Of a stretch of 64,000 nucleotides of DNA, positions 8,740 through 20,966 are shown piece after piece. The notes under the pieces were generated by a model that ran no database searches, had not been told where the DNA came from, and worked only from the letters and a program-made list of their open reading frames with translations. The first letter of the stretch is position 1, and each line of letters opens with the position of its first letter. Both the position numbers and the translations under genes were made by a program. The stretch covers positions 389,891 through 453,890 of the forward strand of contig CAWASC010000008.1 of assembly GCA_963784705.1 (NCBI GenBank), in the 5' to 3' direction. This DNA is from an uncultured Actinomycetota bacterium. Lineage in GTDB: Bacteria; Actinomycetota; Actinomycetes; Mycobacteriales; SCTD01.

Positions 8740-11700
8740 TCAGTCGGTGGGGCTCCCGGCGGGGCGGCTGGCGGCCCGGCGGCGCTTCTTGACCGGCTCA
8801 CCCGCGGGCTCCGACGGGGGCTCGGGAGCGGGCTCCGGAGCGGGTACGACGGAAGCGGGTGCGGCGGTGAGGTCGGGCTCGACCTCGCCGACGTCGGCCG
8901 GCTCGTCCGGGAGCACCTCCACCGCATCGGGCTCGAGCACGACCTCCTGGGCCTGCTCGACGGCATCGGCGACCGGTACGGCGTCCGGCACCGTCTCGAG
9001 CTCAGGGGCCGCATCGAGGACCTCTTCCGGCGCCAGGTCGGAGCGGGTCAGGATCTCGGCGAGCTCGTTGGAGGGGTCGACCGCGCTGTCGAGCGGCGTC
9101 ACGCTGCCCTGACCACGGCCGCCGCGACGGCGACGGCTGCGGGAACCACCGCCCTCACCCGAGCCGGAGCCGGTCCCGGCGCTCGCGTCGGCGGGAGCCG
9201 GCGCGCCGGGCGGCATGGGGGGCTTCGGACCGACCCGCGGGCTCCGGTCGCGGTTGTGGTCGCGGTTGTGGTCGCGGGTGTGGTCGCGGTGCTCGTCGCG
9301 GGACGGCTTGGGGTCCACGGGGTCGAGGTGCACCTTCACGCCACGGCCGTTGCACGCCTCGCAGGTCTCGCTGAAGCTCTCCAGCAGCCCCTGCCCCACG
9401 CGCTTGCGGGTCATCTGGACCAGGCCGAGCGAGGTGACCTCGGCGACCTGGTGCTTGGTGCGGTCGCGTCCGAGGCACTCCACGAGCCGGCGGACGACCA
9501 GGTCGCGGTTGCTCTCCAGGACCATGTCGATGAAGTCGACGACGATGATCCCGCCGAGGTCGCGCAGCCGGAGCTGCCGGGCGATCTCCTCCGCGGCCTC
9601 GAGGTTGTTGCGGGTGACCGTCTCCTCGAGGTTGCCGCCCTTGCCGACGTACTTGCCGGTGTTGACGTCGACCACGACCATCGCCTCGGTGCGGTCGATG
9701 ACCAGGGACCCACCCGAGGGCAGGTGCACCTTGCGGTCGAGCGCCTTGAGCAGCTGCTCGTCGATGCGGTGCTCGGCGAACACGTCCCCGTCACCGGCGA
9801 AGCGGCTCAGCCGCGGCGCGAGGTCGGGGGCCACGAACTCGACGTACTCCCGGATGGTGTCCCACTCGGACGCACCCTGGACCACGAGGCTGGTGAAGTC
9901 CTCGTTGAAGATGTCGCGGACGACCTTGATGACCAGGTCGGGCTCGGCATGCAGCTGCTTGGGCGCGCCGCCCTGCGAGGTCTTGCTCTGGATGACCTCC
10001 CACTGCGCCTGCAGGCGGCGGACGTCCTTGGCGATCTCCTCCTCCGACACCCCCTCGGCGGCGGTGCGGATGATGACGCCGGCGCCGTCCGGGACGACGT
10101 TCTTGAGGATGTTCTTCAGGCGGGTGCGCTCGTTCTCGGGCAGCTTGCGGCTGATCCCGGTCATCGAGCTCTCGGGCACGTAGACCAGGTAGCGGCCGGG
10201 CAGGCTGATCTGGCTGGTCAGCCGCGCGCCCTTGTGCCCGATCGGGTCCTTGCTGACCTGGACCAGGACCTCCTGGCCGGACTTCAGCGCCTGCTCGATC
10301 TTGCGCGAGCCGCCCGAGACGCCTTCCCAGTTGACCTCACCGGCGTACAGCACGGCGTTGCGGCCCTTGCCGATGTCGACGAACGCCGCCTCCATGCTCG
10401 GCAGGACGTTCTGCACCCGCCCGAGGTAGACGTTGCCGGCGTACGACGTGGCGCTGGCCTTCGTGACGTAGTGCTCGACGAGGATGCCGTCCTCGAGGAC
10501 CGCGATCTGGGTGCGGTCACCCTTCTGGCGAACGACCATCTGCCGCTCGACGGCCTCCCGCCGGGCGAGGAACTCCGCCTCGGACACGATGGGGGCGCGC
10601 TTGCGGCCGCTGTCGCGGCCCTCCTGGCGCCGGACCCGCTTGGCCGCCATGCGCGTGCTGCCGCTGATGCCGCGCACGCCGTCCTCGTCCGCGGCGTTGC
10701 CGCCGTCACGGTCGCGGCCGCTGCGGTTGCGGTTGCCACCGCCGCCGCCGCCGGAGCCACTGCCACTTCACTGCCACCACCACTGCGGCTGCCGGGCTCG
10801 CGGACGTGCACGACCGTGGGGACGTCGTCGTCACCGTCGGCGCCGCCGTTCCCGCCGCCGCCGCCGCTGCTGCGCCGACGACGCCGGCGCCGACGGGTGC
10901 CGGTACCCGAGGGACCGTCCTCGTCGTCGTCCTCGTCCTCTGCGTCGTCCGACCCAGCGTTCGACCCAGCGTTCGACCCCGCGTTCGAGGCGGGCGCGTC
11001 GCTGTCGGTCGTCTCGTCGTCGCCGTCCTGCACCGGACGGGCGCCACCGCGTCCCCGGCGACCGCGACGGCGGCGGCGCGGGGCGCCGGTGCCGTCGGTG
11101 GACTCGTCGTCGTCACCCTCGGCGTCGGTGTCGGCGTCCGTCAGGGCGTCGGTGGGCTCGTCGGCCTTCAGCACCTCGGCCGGGCTGACCGCTCCCGACG
11201 TACCGGCGCGGCGACGCTGGCGGGGCGCCGGGGCGTCCTCGGTCGGTACGGGCGGCTGAAAGGTCAGGACCACGGCGGGGGCACGGGTACGGCGCCGCGG
11301 TGTCGCGTCGTCGTCACCCGCCGTGTCCGTGGGGCTGTCCGTGGGAGCGTCGGTCGCGGTCGCCGGGTCGACGTCCGTGGTCTCGCTCTCGTCGATCGGG
11401 TCGCTGACGGGCTCGGCCTTCGCCGCTGCCTTCTTGCGGGGCGCGGCCTTCTTCGCGGGCGCCTTCTTGGCCGCCTTCTTCGGCGCGGCACCCTCGGCGT
11501 CGTCGCCGGTGCCACCGAGGTCAGTCGCGCCGGGGGTGGCCTCGGCGCTCTCGGGCGCGGCGGCGGCCTTGGTGGCGCGGCGACGCGGGGCCTTCTTGGG
11601 CGCCTCGGCGCCCTGCCGGCTCGGCAGCAGCCGCGCTCGGCGGGACACCGTCGCCCGCCGTCACGCTGTCCGGCGGCGTGATCTCGGGAGTGGGCTCGAG

Positions 11701-11757
11701 CGCACCCGCTGCGCTGCTGTCGGTGCTGTCGGTCGTGCTGGGCTCGTTGTCGAGCAC
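8740..11757 (-). CDS. rne: Ribonuclease E/G (two apparent frameshifts at ~11612 and ~10769)
   Basis: Catalytic domain GNVYLGRVQNVLPSMEAAFVDIG, VDVNTG, DFIDM, CEAC; the acidic/Arg-rich N-terminal region is split over ORFs 11521-11757, 10284-11648 and 8740-10677. Confidence 0.9.
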
Positions 11758-11918
11758 GGGGCTCCGGTCCGGCTACCGCGTGACGCTGCCGCGGCAACCA
11801 GGGGGTGTCGTGACCCGCGCCGACCAGGTCGGCTGACGCGGGCAAGAAAGTCGTGGGGTGCTCCCGAGGTTCCGGGAGCCGACGGCTTCGTCGACCTGTC
11901 GCGTTGCCCCTGGCGAGC

Positions 11919-12676
11919 TCAGCTGCTGGGTTGTCCAGCAGCGGCCCGGTCGGGTGCGAGCGGGTCGCCGACCTCGCCGTCCGCGGTGAGCGGGCCCTGC
12001 GCGAGCCGGGTCGCTGAGGGCGGCACCGGTGTCGCGAGGTCGCTCACCGAACGGAGTCCGGTGAGAACGTCGTCGGGTCGTACGGCAGGCGTCACGTGCT
12101 GCACGACCACAGCGAGTATCGCACAGTCCACCTGCTCGTCGCTCTGTGTTGCGTTCATCGACACCACGGCCTGTCGCGCGTCGAAGACGCGCCGCCCGTT
12201 CTTGGTCATCCGCTCGACCTCGACCGTCTCGGCAGCGAGGAACGCGTCGACGGCGCTCTGCAGCGACGCCAGGGCCACCTGGGGAAGGCTGATCACCCAG
12301 CTGCTGGCCTGCACCTGGTCGGGCAGGCTGCTGCCCGGCGTCGCCTCGACCGCGTCGACCAGGTCGATCCCGTCGGGCAGGGAGGCGTCGAGGGCCGCCC
12401 GGACCTGCTCGACGTCACTGGCCACGGCAAGCGCGATCTCGACGTACTCCGCCTCGCTGGCGACGCCGGTCGCAGCGGCCCCGACCCAGCTGACCTTCGG
12501 GTGCGGGCTGAAGCCGGCGCTGTAGGCCATCGGGACGTCGGCGCGGCGCAGCGCGCGCTCGAAGACGCGGGCGATGTCGCGGTGGCTGGTGAAGCGCAGC
12601 CGTCCGCGCTTGGTGTAGCGCAGGCGGATCCGCTGGACCGGCGGAGGGGGTGGTGCGCCGGGGGGCTGCTTGGCCA

Positions 12677-12677
<1 letters not shown>
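11919..12677 (-). CDS. Radical SAM-associated protein (TIGR03936/DUF2344-like)
   Basis: RIRLRYTKRGRLRFTSHRD...PMAYSAGFSPHPK; start codon overlaps stop of upstream radical SAM gene. Confidence 0.88.
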
Positions 12678-14592
<1,915 letters not shown>

Positions 14593-14687
14593 GCGTCCAG
14601 GGTACGGGCGCCCGCGCTTGTCCACCGTTCCCCCACGTTCCGCGCACCGACCGTCCGGGGCGGTGGCTCTCGACGCACCGAGCTCGA

Positions 14688-14737
14688 TGGCCACCTGGTG
14701 CTGCGGACGCGCGCGTGTCACGACACCAGCTCGCCAC
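14688..14737. repeat. 50-bp palindromic direct repeat, left copy
   Basis: TGGCCACCTGGTGCTGCGGACGCGCGCGTGTCACGACACCAGCTCGCCAC; 46/50 identical to 15805-15854. Confidence 0.9.
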
Positions 14738-14757
14738 CGTCCCGGCCCGACGGTGCG

Positions 14758-15753
14758 ATGTCCACAGGCGCCGACGCGCACCGGCGCGCGATCGGCGACG
14801 CTCGGGCGGTGCCGGACCTCAGCGACCTCGGGAGCGAGGCCGGCGGTGTGTGGGTGCGGGCGGACGCCGTCGCGGCCAGCTCGCCCGGCCTGGTGCGTCA
14901 GCGGCTGCTCAGCGGTCAGTGGCAGGTGCCCTTCCCAGGGGTGTATGCCGACGCGGGCCAGGTGCTCGGCGCGCGGCAGCTCGCGTTCGCGGCAGCGCTG
15001 GCGGCCGCGGGGAAGACCAGCGAGACCGACGGGGTGCTCTGCGGAAGGTCGGCGGCGCGGTTGTGGATGCTGCCACTGATCGATGACGACGACCCTGCGA
15101 CAGGCGCCCAGCAGAGGTTCCAGCACGACGTGCACACCCGCACGGGGCACGGTCGCCTCCATGGCGCCGAGCACACCGTCGTACGGAGACGGCTGACCCT
15201 GCTGCCCGGGGAGGTCGGGCAGTTCGAGAGCGGGCTGTGGGCGACGTCCGCCCTCCGCACCGCCGCGGACAGCGCGCGGTGGCTGACAGCGCAGGCCCTG
15301 GTGTGTCTGCTCGACGCCGGGGTGCGCGACGAGCTGTTCACCGTGCAGGAGCTGCACGCCGAGGCTGTCCGGCGGCGGTGCCGACGGCTGCGCGACGGGG
15401 TGCTGCGGGTGGACGGTCGCAGCGAGTCCCCCAACGAGACCCTTGCCCGGCTCCTCCTTCTGCCTGCGATCCCGACGCTGGTGCCCCAGGTCAGCGTCCG
15501 TGACCGCTCCGGCCGCATCACGGCGCGGCACGACCTGGCCGACGAGCAGGTCCGCTTTGCGGTGGAGATGGACGGTCGGGAGGGGCACACCGGCGCGGCG
15601 TTGCTCGCGCGCGACCAGCGCCGGGACTGGGTGTCAGGGACACAGCGGTGGTGGGTCGAACGAGGCACCTGGTACGACGTCCGCTGCCGGCCGCAGGAGT
15701 TCGTCGCGCGGGTCACCACCCGCCACGCCGCCTGGTCCCGCCGCGCGGCCTGA
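14758..15753 (+). CDS. AbiEi-like N-terminal / DUF559 (Vsr-like PD-(D/E)xK) C-terminal protein
   Basis: GQWQVPFPGVY, LCGRSAARLW, TSALRTAAD, RSESPNETLAR, ARHDLA...AVEMDG...RDQRRD...W; start uncertain (14758 or 14809). Confidence 0.7.
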   Translation: MSTGADAHRRAIGDARAVPDLSDLGSEAGGVWVRADAVAASSPGLVRQRLLSGQWQVPFPGVYADAGQVLGARQLAFAAALAAAGKTSETDGVLCGRSAARLWMLPLIDDDDPATGAQQRFQHDVHTRTGHGRLHGAEHTVVRRRLTLLPGEVGQFESGLWATSALRTAADSARWLTAQALVCLLDAGVRDELFTVQELHAEAVRRRCRRLRDGVLRVDGRSESPNETLARLLLLPAIPTLVPQVSVRDRSGRITARHDLADEQVRFAVEMDGREGHTGAALLARDQRRDWVSGTQRWWVERGTWYDVRCRPQEFVARVTTRHAAWSRRAA

Positions 15754-15804
15754 GTCCCAGGCCGCCGCTGATCGGCCCGTCGACAACCGTCTCCGCCGGC
15801 TCAG

Positions 15805-15854
15805 TGGCCGTCTGGTGCTGCGGACACGCGCGTGTCACGACACCAACTCGCCAC
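15805..15854. repeat. 50-bp palindromic direct repeat, right copy
   Basis: TGGCCGTCTGGTGCTGCGGACACGCGCGTGTCACGACACCAACTCGCCAC; contains perfect 14-bp palindrome GACACGCGCGTGTC. Confidence 0.9.
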
Positions 15855-15950
15855 TCACTTCAGGCCGGCGGCGAGGGCGGGGGCCGGAGGAGGGCGGGCG
15901 GGGAGGGGCGGGGGCGGGCGGCGGCGGAGCGAGGGGCGTACGGCGGGGGT

Positions 15951-17156
15951 TCAGGTCTCGTTGCTGCGGAGGTGGACGTTCTGGAGCAGGCCGATGGCCA
16001 TCAGGTTGGCGAACATGGACGAGCCGCCGTACGACACGAACGGGAGCGGCAGGCCGGTCACGGGCATGATCCCCAGCGTCATGCCGATGTTGACGAAGCT
16101 CTGGAACGCGAACCAGGACACCACCCCGGCGGCCACCAGCCGCCCGAACGCATCCGTCGCCCGCGAGGCGATCCGCAGTCCGCGCCAGAGCACGAGGCCG
16201 AGCGCGAGGATGATCCCGCTCGCACCGACCAGCCCGAGCTCCTCCCCCGCGACGGTGAACACGAAGTCGGTCTGCTGCTCGGGGATGAAGCGCCCCTGCG
16301 TCTGCGAGCCGTGGAACAGCCCCTTGCCCCACAGCCCGCCGGACCCGTTCGCGATGAGCGCCTGGTTGACGTTGAAGCCGACCCCGCGCGGGTCGGCGCC
16401 GATGTCCGCGACGACCTTGAACCGGTTGAGCTGGTAGTCCTTGAGCACGTGCGGCGCGACGAACGTCCCGACCAGCACGCCGGCGAGCAGCAGGCCGCCG
16501 ACCCACCGCGCGGGAGCCGCCGCCACGGCGAGGGTGCCGAGGATGACGAAGATGAACACCATCGTCGTCCCGAAGTCGGGCTGGAGCATGATCAGCCCCA
16601 TCGGGATCGCGCACAGCGCCAGCACCTGCAGGACGTCCATGTCCCGGGGCCGGTCCTCACCGTCGCGCTTCTCCCCCAGCAGCATGGCGATGCCCACGAC
16701 GATGGCGAGCTTGGCGAACTCCGAGGGCTGGATCTGGAACCCCGCCGGCAGCACGATCCACGAGTGGGCGCCGTTGATCGTCGCGCCCAGGGGTGACAGC
16801 ACGGCGATCAGGCCGAGGCACGAGGCGATGTAGACCACGGGCGCGTAGGCGCGCAGCGCGCGGTAGTCGATGAGCGCGGCCGCCGTACCCAGCACCAGAC
16901 CGATCGCGGCGTTGATGATGTGCCGCTTGAGGAACGCCTGCGGGTCGGCGCCGAGGGCGATCTCCTTCTCCCGGGTCGCCGACCAGATCAGCAGCCCGCC
17001 GACGGACACCAGCGCGGTCACCGCGAGCAGCAGCAGCCAGTCGAGCTGGCGCAGCGGCGAGGCGCGGTCGAACGCCCGCTCGCGCATCGTGACCTCGCGC
17101 GGACGCAGGCGCACGGGCGAGACGCGCGGCGTGCTCCAGTCGACGTCCCCGCTCAC
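15951..17156 (-). CDS. rodA: Rod shape-determining SEDS protein RodA
   Basis: QIQPSEFAK, LQPDFGT, PEQQTDFVF, GLPLPFVSYGGSS; GTGA overlap with mrdA. Confidence 0.95.
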   Translation of the reverse strand: MSGDVDWSTPRVSPVRLRPREVTMRERAFDRASPLRQLDWLLLLAVTALVSVGGLLIWSATREKEIALGADPQAFLKRHIINAAIGLVLGTAAALIDYRALRAYAPVVYIASCLGLIAVLSPLGATINGAHSWIVLPAGFQIQPSEFAKLAIVVGIAMLLGEKRDGEDRPRDMDVLQVLALCAIPMGLIMLQPDFGTTMVFIFVILGTLAVAAAPARWVGGLLLAGVLVGTFVAPHVLKDYQLNRFKVVADIGADPRGVGFNVNQALIANGSGGLWGKGLFHGSQTQGRFIPEQQTDFVFTVAGEELGLVGASGIILALGLVLWRGLRIASRATDAFGRLVAAGVVSWFAFQSFVNIGMTLGIMPVTGLPLPFVSYGGSSMFANLMAIGLLQNVHLRSNET

Positions 17157-19444
17157 GACCCCGCCCGCGCGGTACGGCGAGAGCTCGTGCTCGGGCGGAC
17201 CGGCTCGCTCCACGGCAGTGCCCCTGGTGCGAGCGCACTGGCGCCCGAGGGGCCGGGAGCCGGTGCGGCGCTGGCGAGGGGCTCACCGAACGGCACGCGC
17301 ACCGCCTTGGACGGTGTCCCGGGTCGGGCGATGGTCCCGTCGGGGCGCACGACCGGCAGCTGCGACGGCAGGTCGCCGTTCGCGTCGAGCAGCCGCTTCT
17401 GGCCGTTGAGCCCGTACATCGCCTCGTAGATCTTGCGGGTGATGGGCGCGGCCGTCGTCCCGCCGGTGCCCGCCTCGGCGACCATGACGACGACGGCGTA
17501 CTTGGGGTCGTTGACCGGCGCGAAGGACGCGAACCAGGAGGTCGGGGCCTTCCGCAGGGGGTCGACGTCCGCCGTACCGGTCTTGCCGGCGATCGGGTAC
17601 TGACCGAGCGGGAAGCCGGCGAACGCCGACTGGGCGGTGCCGCCGGGTTGAGGGACCCCGGTGAGGGCGTTGCGCATGTACGCGAGCACGGGCGCGGGGA
17701 CACCGAGCCTGCCCTTCACGGCCGGGGGGATGAGGCTGTAGCTCGACCCGTCGGTCGACAGGAACCCCTTGGCCAGACGGGGCTCGTACACCGTGCCCCC
17801 GTTGGCGAGGGCGGCGTAGGCCATCGTGAGCTGGAGCGGGGTGGTGAGCACGTCACCCTGACCGATGGCGAACAGGATGGCGTCACCGCCCTTGTAGATG
17901 TAGCCGTCGGCGCAGTACTCCACGGCATAGGCCTTCAGCAGTGCGGCCCGCTGCGGGTCGACCTCCTCCGGGTAGCCGTTCTTCGCCCGGGCGCACTTGT
18001 CCTTCTTGAGCTGCTCGTACTCCTTGACCTTGGACTCGCGGTCGGTGATGGAGCCTCGGGACTCGCTGGGCAGGTCGACGCCGGTGTCACTGCCGAATCC
18101 GAACGCACGGGCGGTCTTGACGAAGATCTCCCGCGCCCTGCCGGTGTTCTTGGTCTTCCCGTCGCGCACCCACTCGTTGTAGGCCGCGCGGTAGTAGACG
18201 GTGTCGCAGGACTTCACCAGGGTCGTGCGCAGGTCGATGTTGCCGAAGGTCTCGCCCTCGAAGTTGCGGAAGGTGCGTCCCGCCTTGAACGTCGAGGTGC
18301 ACGGGTAGTAGCCGGTCAGGCTGTTGCCCGCGGCCACCATCGCCGCCGTCGAGGAGATCTTGAAGGTCGACCCGGGGGCGTACTGGCCCTGGGTCGCGGT
18401 CGCGAGCAGTGGCTTGCCCGGCGCGTCGAGCAGACGGGTGTAGTCGGCGGTCGAGATGCGCGGCACGAACAACGCGGGGTCGTACGACGGGAAGTTGGCC
18501 AGGGCCGCCACCTGGCCGGTGCGGACGTCGACGACGACGGCAGCTCCGTTGGGTGCGGTGAAGTTCTTGCTGCGGCCCTTGTCGTACCGGGTGCGCGCCT
18601 GGGCGATGCCGTCGGCCAGCGCCTTCTCGGCGACCTTCTGCAGGCTGCTGTCCAGGGACAGCACGAGGTTGTCGCCGGCCCGGGCGCCGACCGTGCCGAG
18701 CGTCCCGGTGACGGTGGCGTCCTTGTCGACGAGCAGGCGCTGCACCCCGTCGATGCCGCGCAGCTGGCGGTCGTAGACCTGCTCGACGCCGCTCTTGCCG
18801 ATGAGCGACCCGGGGGCCAGGGCCTTCAGGTCGGGGTGCGCGGTGAGGTCGTCCAGGGTGAGCGACCCGATGTAGCCGAGGCTGTGCGCCGCGATCGCCC
18901 CCTGCGGGTACTCCCGGACGGCTGCGTACTTCGCCTGGATGCCCGGGAAGTCCTCGGCGTGCTCCTCGATGGCGAGGACCCGACGTACCTGCGCGGGGTT
19001 GTCGGCGTTGTAGGAGGCGATCGGCACAGCCTGCAGCGGCGAGCCGTTCCAGCAGCCGGTGTCCTTGCGCGCGATCGACCCGTCCGGCTGCTTCTCACCG
19101 CACGGGGTGATGGTGCGGGCGATCTGCTCGGCCGGGATGCCGACGACACCGGCGAGCCGCGCGAGGACCTCGGCGCCCTTCTTCGGCTGGCTGCGCACGA
19201 TCGAGCGGGTGACCGACACGACCAGGGCGGTGCGGTTGCTCACCAGCGGGAGGCCGCGGTCGTCGAGGATCTGCCCGCGCGCCGCCGGGGTGATGACCTC
19301 GCGGATGCGGTTGTTGCCGGCCTTCTGGGCGTAGACCGCACCCTCGGCGACCTGCAGGTAGGCCAGCCGTCCGAGCAGGGTGAGCAGGATCGAGACGACC
19401 ACGACCCGCAGCACCACCAGCCGGAGCCGGGAGCTGTCGGTCAC
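17153..19444 (-). CDS. mrdA: Penicillin-binding protein 2
   Basis: N-terminal TM helix, RGQILD, SxxK (PGSTFK), SCD, KTGTA. Confidence 0.95.
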   Translation of the reverse strand: MTDSSRLRLVVLRVVVVSILLTLLGRLAYLQVAEGAVYAQKAGNNRIREVITPAARGQILDDRGLPLVSNRTALVVSVTRSIVRSQPKKGAEVLARLAGVVGIPAEQIARTITPCGEKQPDGSIARKDTGCWNGSPLQAVPIASYNADNPAQVRRVLAIEEHAEDFPGIQAKYAAVREYPQGAIAAHSLGYIGSLTLDDLTAHPDLKALAPGSLIGKSGVEQVYDRQLRGIDGVQRLLVDKDATVTGTLGTVGARAGDNLVLSLDSSLQKVAEKALADGIAQARTRYDKGRSKNFTAPNGAAVVVDVRTGQVAALANFPSYDPALFVPRISTADYTRLLDAPGKPLLATATQGQYAPGSTFKISSTAAMVAAGNSLTGYYPCTSTFKAGRTFRNFEGETFGNIDLRTTLVKSCDTVYYRAAYNEWVRDGKTKNTGRAREIFVKTARAFGFGSDTGVDLPSESRGSITDRESKVKEYEQLKKDKCARAKNGYPEEVDPQRAALLKAYAVEYCADGYIYKGGDAILFAIGQGDVLTTPLQLTMAYAALANGGTVYEPRLAKGFLSTDGSSYSLIPPAVKGRLGVPAPVLAYMRNALTGVPQPGGTAQSAFAGFPLGQYPIAGKTGTADVDPLRKAPTSWFASFAPVNDPKYAVVVMVAEAGTGGTTAAPITRKIYEAMYGLNGQKRLLDANGDLPSQLPVVRPDGTIARPGTPSKAVRVPFGEPLASAAPAPGPSGASALAPGALPWSEPVRPSTSSRRTARAGS

Positions 19445-19458
19445 GAAGAGGTCCTCAT

Positions 19459-19965
19459 CTACAGCCGGCGCAGGGGGTCGTTGTCGAGCCGTCGAACGAG
19501 GGCTCCGACGAGAGGGACGACGAACGGCGTCAGGACCACATCGTACGGGACCGCGCTGATCGCAGCGCGGCCCACCGAGGTCACGCTGATGCGCAGGTCG
19601 CCGAGCAGGACGCCCTCGACGGTGAACGCCGCGAGGGCCGTCAGGGCACCGAGGAAGACGGCACCGAAGGGCTGGTACGGCGAGCGGTCGTCGTCCTGGA
19701 GGGTGCCCACGACGTACCCGGCGAGGGCGTAGGCGAGCGCGAGCCGGCCCATCTCGTGGTCGGCGAGACCGTCCGCCAGCAGCCCGGCGAGGAAGCCGGT
19801 GACCGTGCCGGACATCGACCCCTCGGCCAGGGCGAAGGCGAGGACGAGCACGAGCAGCAGGTCCGGCTCGGCGCCGGGCAGGGGCAGCCGGCCGATGACG
19901 GTGATCTGCAGGAGCAGCGCGGTCACCACGGTCACCGCCCCGAGCAGCAGGCGCTGCCCGGTCAC
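19459..19965 (-). CDS. mreD: Rod shape-determining protein MreD
   Basis: Hydrophobic; PDLLLVLV...GFLAGLLAD; position in mre operon. Confidence 0.9.
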   Translation of the reverse strand: MTGQRLLLGAVTVVTALLLQITVIGRLPLPGAEPDLLLVLVLAFALAEGSMSGTVTGFLAGLLADGLADHEMGRLALAYALAGYVVGTLQDDDRSPYQPFGAVFLGALTALAAFTVEGVLLGDLRISVTSVGRAAISAVPYDVVLTPFVVPLVGALVRRLDNDPLRRL

Positions 19966-20951
19966 GGCGTGGGCGTGACGGTCGGCGTGACCGTCGGCGT
20001 GACAGTCGGAGTGACAGTCGGCGTGACGGGCGGAGTGACAGTCGGAGTGACGGTCGGGACCGGTCCCTGCGGGACGGCGGCCGGGCACGGCGTGGACGTC
20101 GGCAGGACGGGACGCATCGGGACGCGGGGGGCGCGCACGCCGGCAGCCGGCAGGACACCGACGAGGTCGAGCGAGGAGACGTCGACGAACGGCGCGATCA
20201 CCGCGGTCTTGCTGATCGCGTTGGTGTCCGGCGTGACGCTGCGGACGGTGCCGATGGGGATGCCCGGGGCGTAGGTGCCCGAGCCGGTCGTGAGCAGGAC
20301 CGCACCGGGCCGGACGACCGAGCGGGTGCTGGCGAGGCTGTAGGTCATGGGCTTCGCGCCGTTGCCGCTGGCGATGCCCAGGGCGGACTGGCCGATGAGC
20401 GTTCCGCCGACCTGGAACTTGGGATCGGCGAGCAGCAGGACCCGTGCGGTCGACCCGCTGACCTCGGTCGTGCGGCCGACCAGCCCGGCGCCGGTGACGA
20501 CCGCCTGGCCGGTCGTGATGCCGTCCCGACTGCCCGCGTCGATGGTCGCGGTCCACTCGAACTCGGCGGTCGGACCCACCGCGACGACCCGTGCAGGGAT
20601 CGGCCGGTAGTCGCCGTACGCGGTGAAGTCGAGCAGCCGGTCGTACTGCGCGAGGCGGCAGGCGTCGCCGGCCATGCCGGCCAGCCGACCACGCAGGGCG
20701 TCGTTCTCGCGCTGCAGCTTCTTGTTCTCGCTCTGGTAGCTGCCCAGGCGCGGCAGCCCGCCGAGGGCGTCCCCGACGCTGGACGCCGCGGAGCCCACGG
20801 TGCGGGTGACCGGTCCGAAGACGGTGTCGATGCCGCGTCGGAGCGCCGCGAGCGGGCCGGTGCGGGCGGTGTTGTAGTCCAGCGCTGTCAGCGTGAACGC
20901 TGTCAGCAGCAGGAGGACGAGCGTCAGCCGCACCCGCCGCGAGTCACGCAC
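19962..20951 (-). CDS. mreC: Rod shape-determining protein MreC with C-terminal Pro/Thr repeat
   Basis: TM helix, coiled coil, TIDAGSRDGI, GLVGR, PGIPIG; tail of (PTVT)n encoded by 12-bp repeats. Confidence 0.92.
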   Translation of the reverse strand: MRDSRRVRLTLVLLLLTAFTLTALDYNTARTGPLAALRRGIDTVFGPVTRTVGSAASSVGDALGGLPRLGSYQSENKKLQRENDALRGRLAGMAGDACRLAQYDRLLDFTAYGDYRPIPARVVAVGPTAEFEWTATIDAGSRDGITTGQAVVTGAGLVGRTTEVSGSTARVLLLADPKFQVGGTLIGQSALGIASGNGAKPMTYSLASTRSVVRPGAVLLTTGSGTYAPGIPIGTVRSVTPDTNAISKTAVIAPFVDVSSLDLVGVLPAAGVRAPRVPMRPVLPTSTPCPAAVPQGPVPTVTPTVTPPVTPTVTPTVTPTVTPTVTPTP

Positions 20952-20966
20952 GGGTGACCGGTCGGG

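Noticed and set aside
14688-15854. 50-bp repeats as a CRISPR array or IS terminal repeats
   Set aside because: Only two copies, 1.1 kb apart, in direct orientation; no spacers, cas genes, DDE/HUH transposase motifs or target duplication seen
15865-15950. G-rich tract (and C-rich tract at 2285-2331) as functional G-quadruplexes
   Set aside because: G-runs are present but expected at this GC content; no independent support
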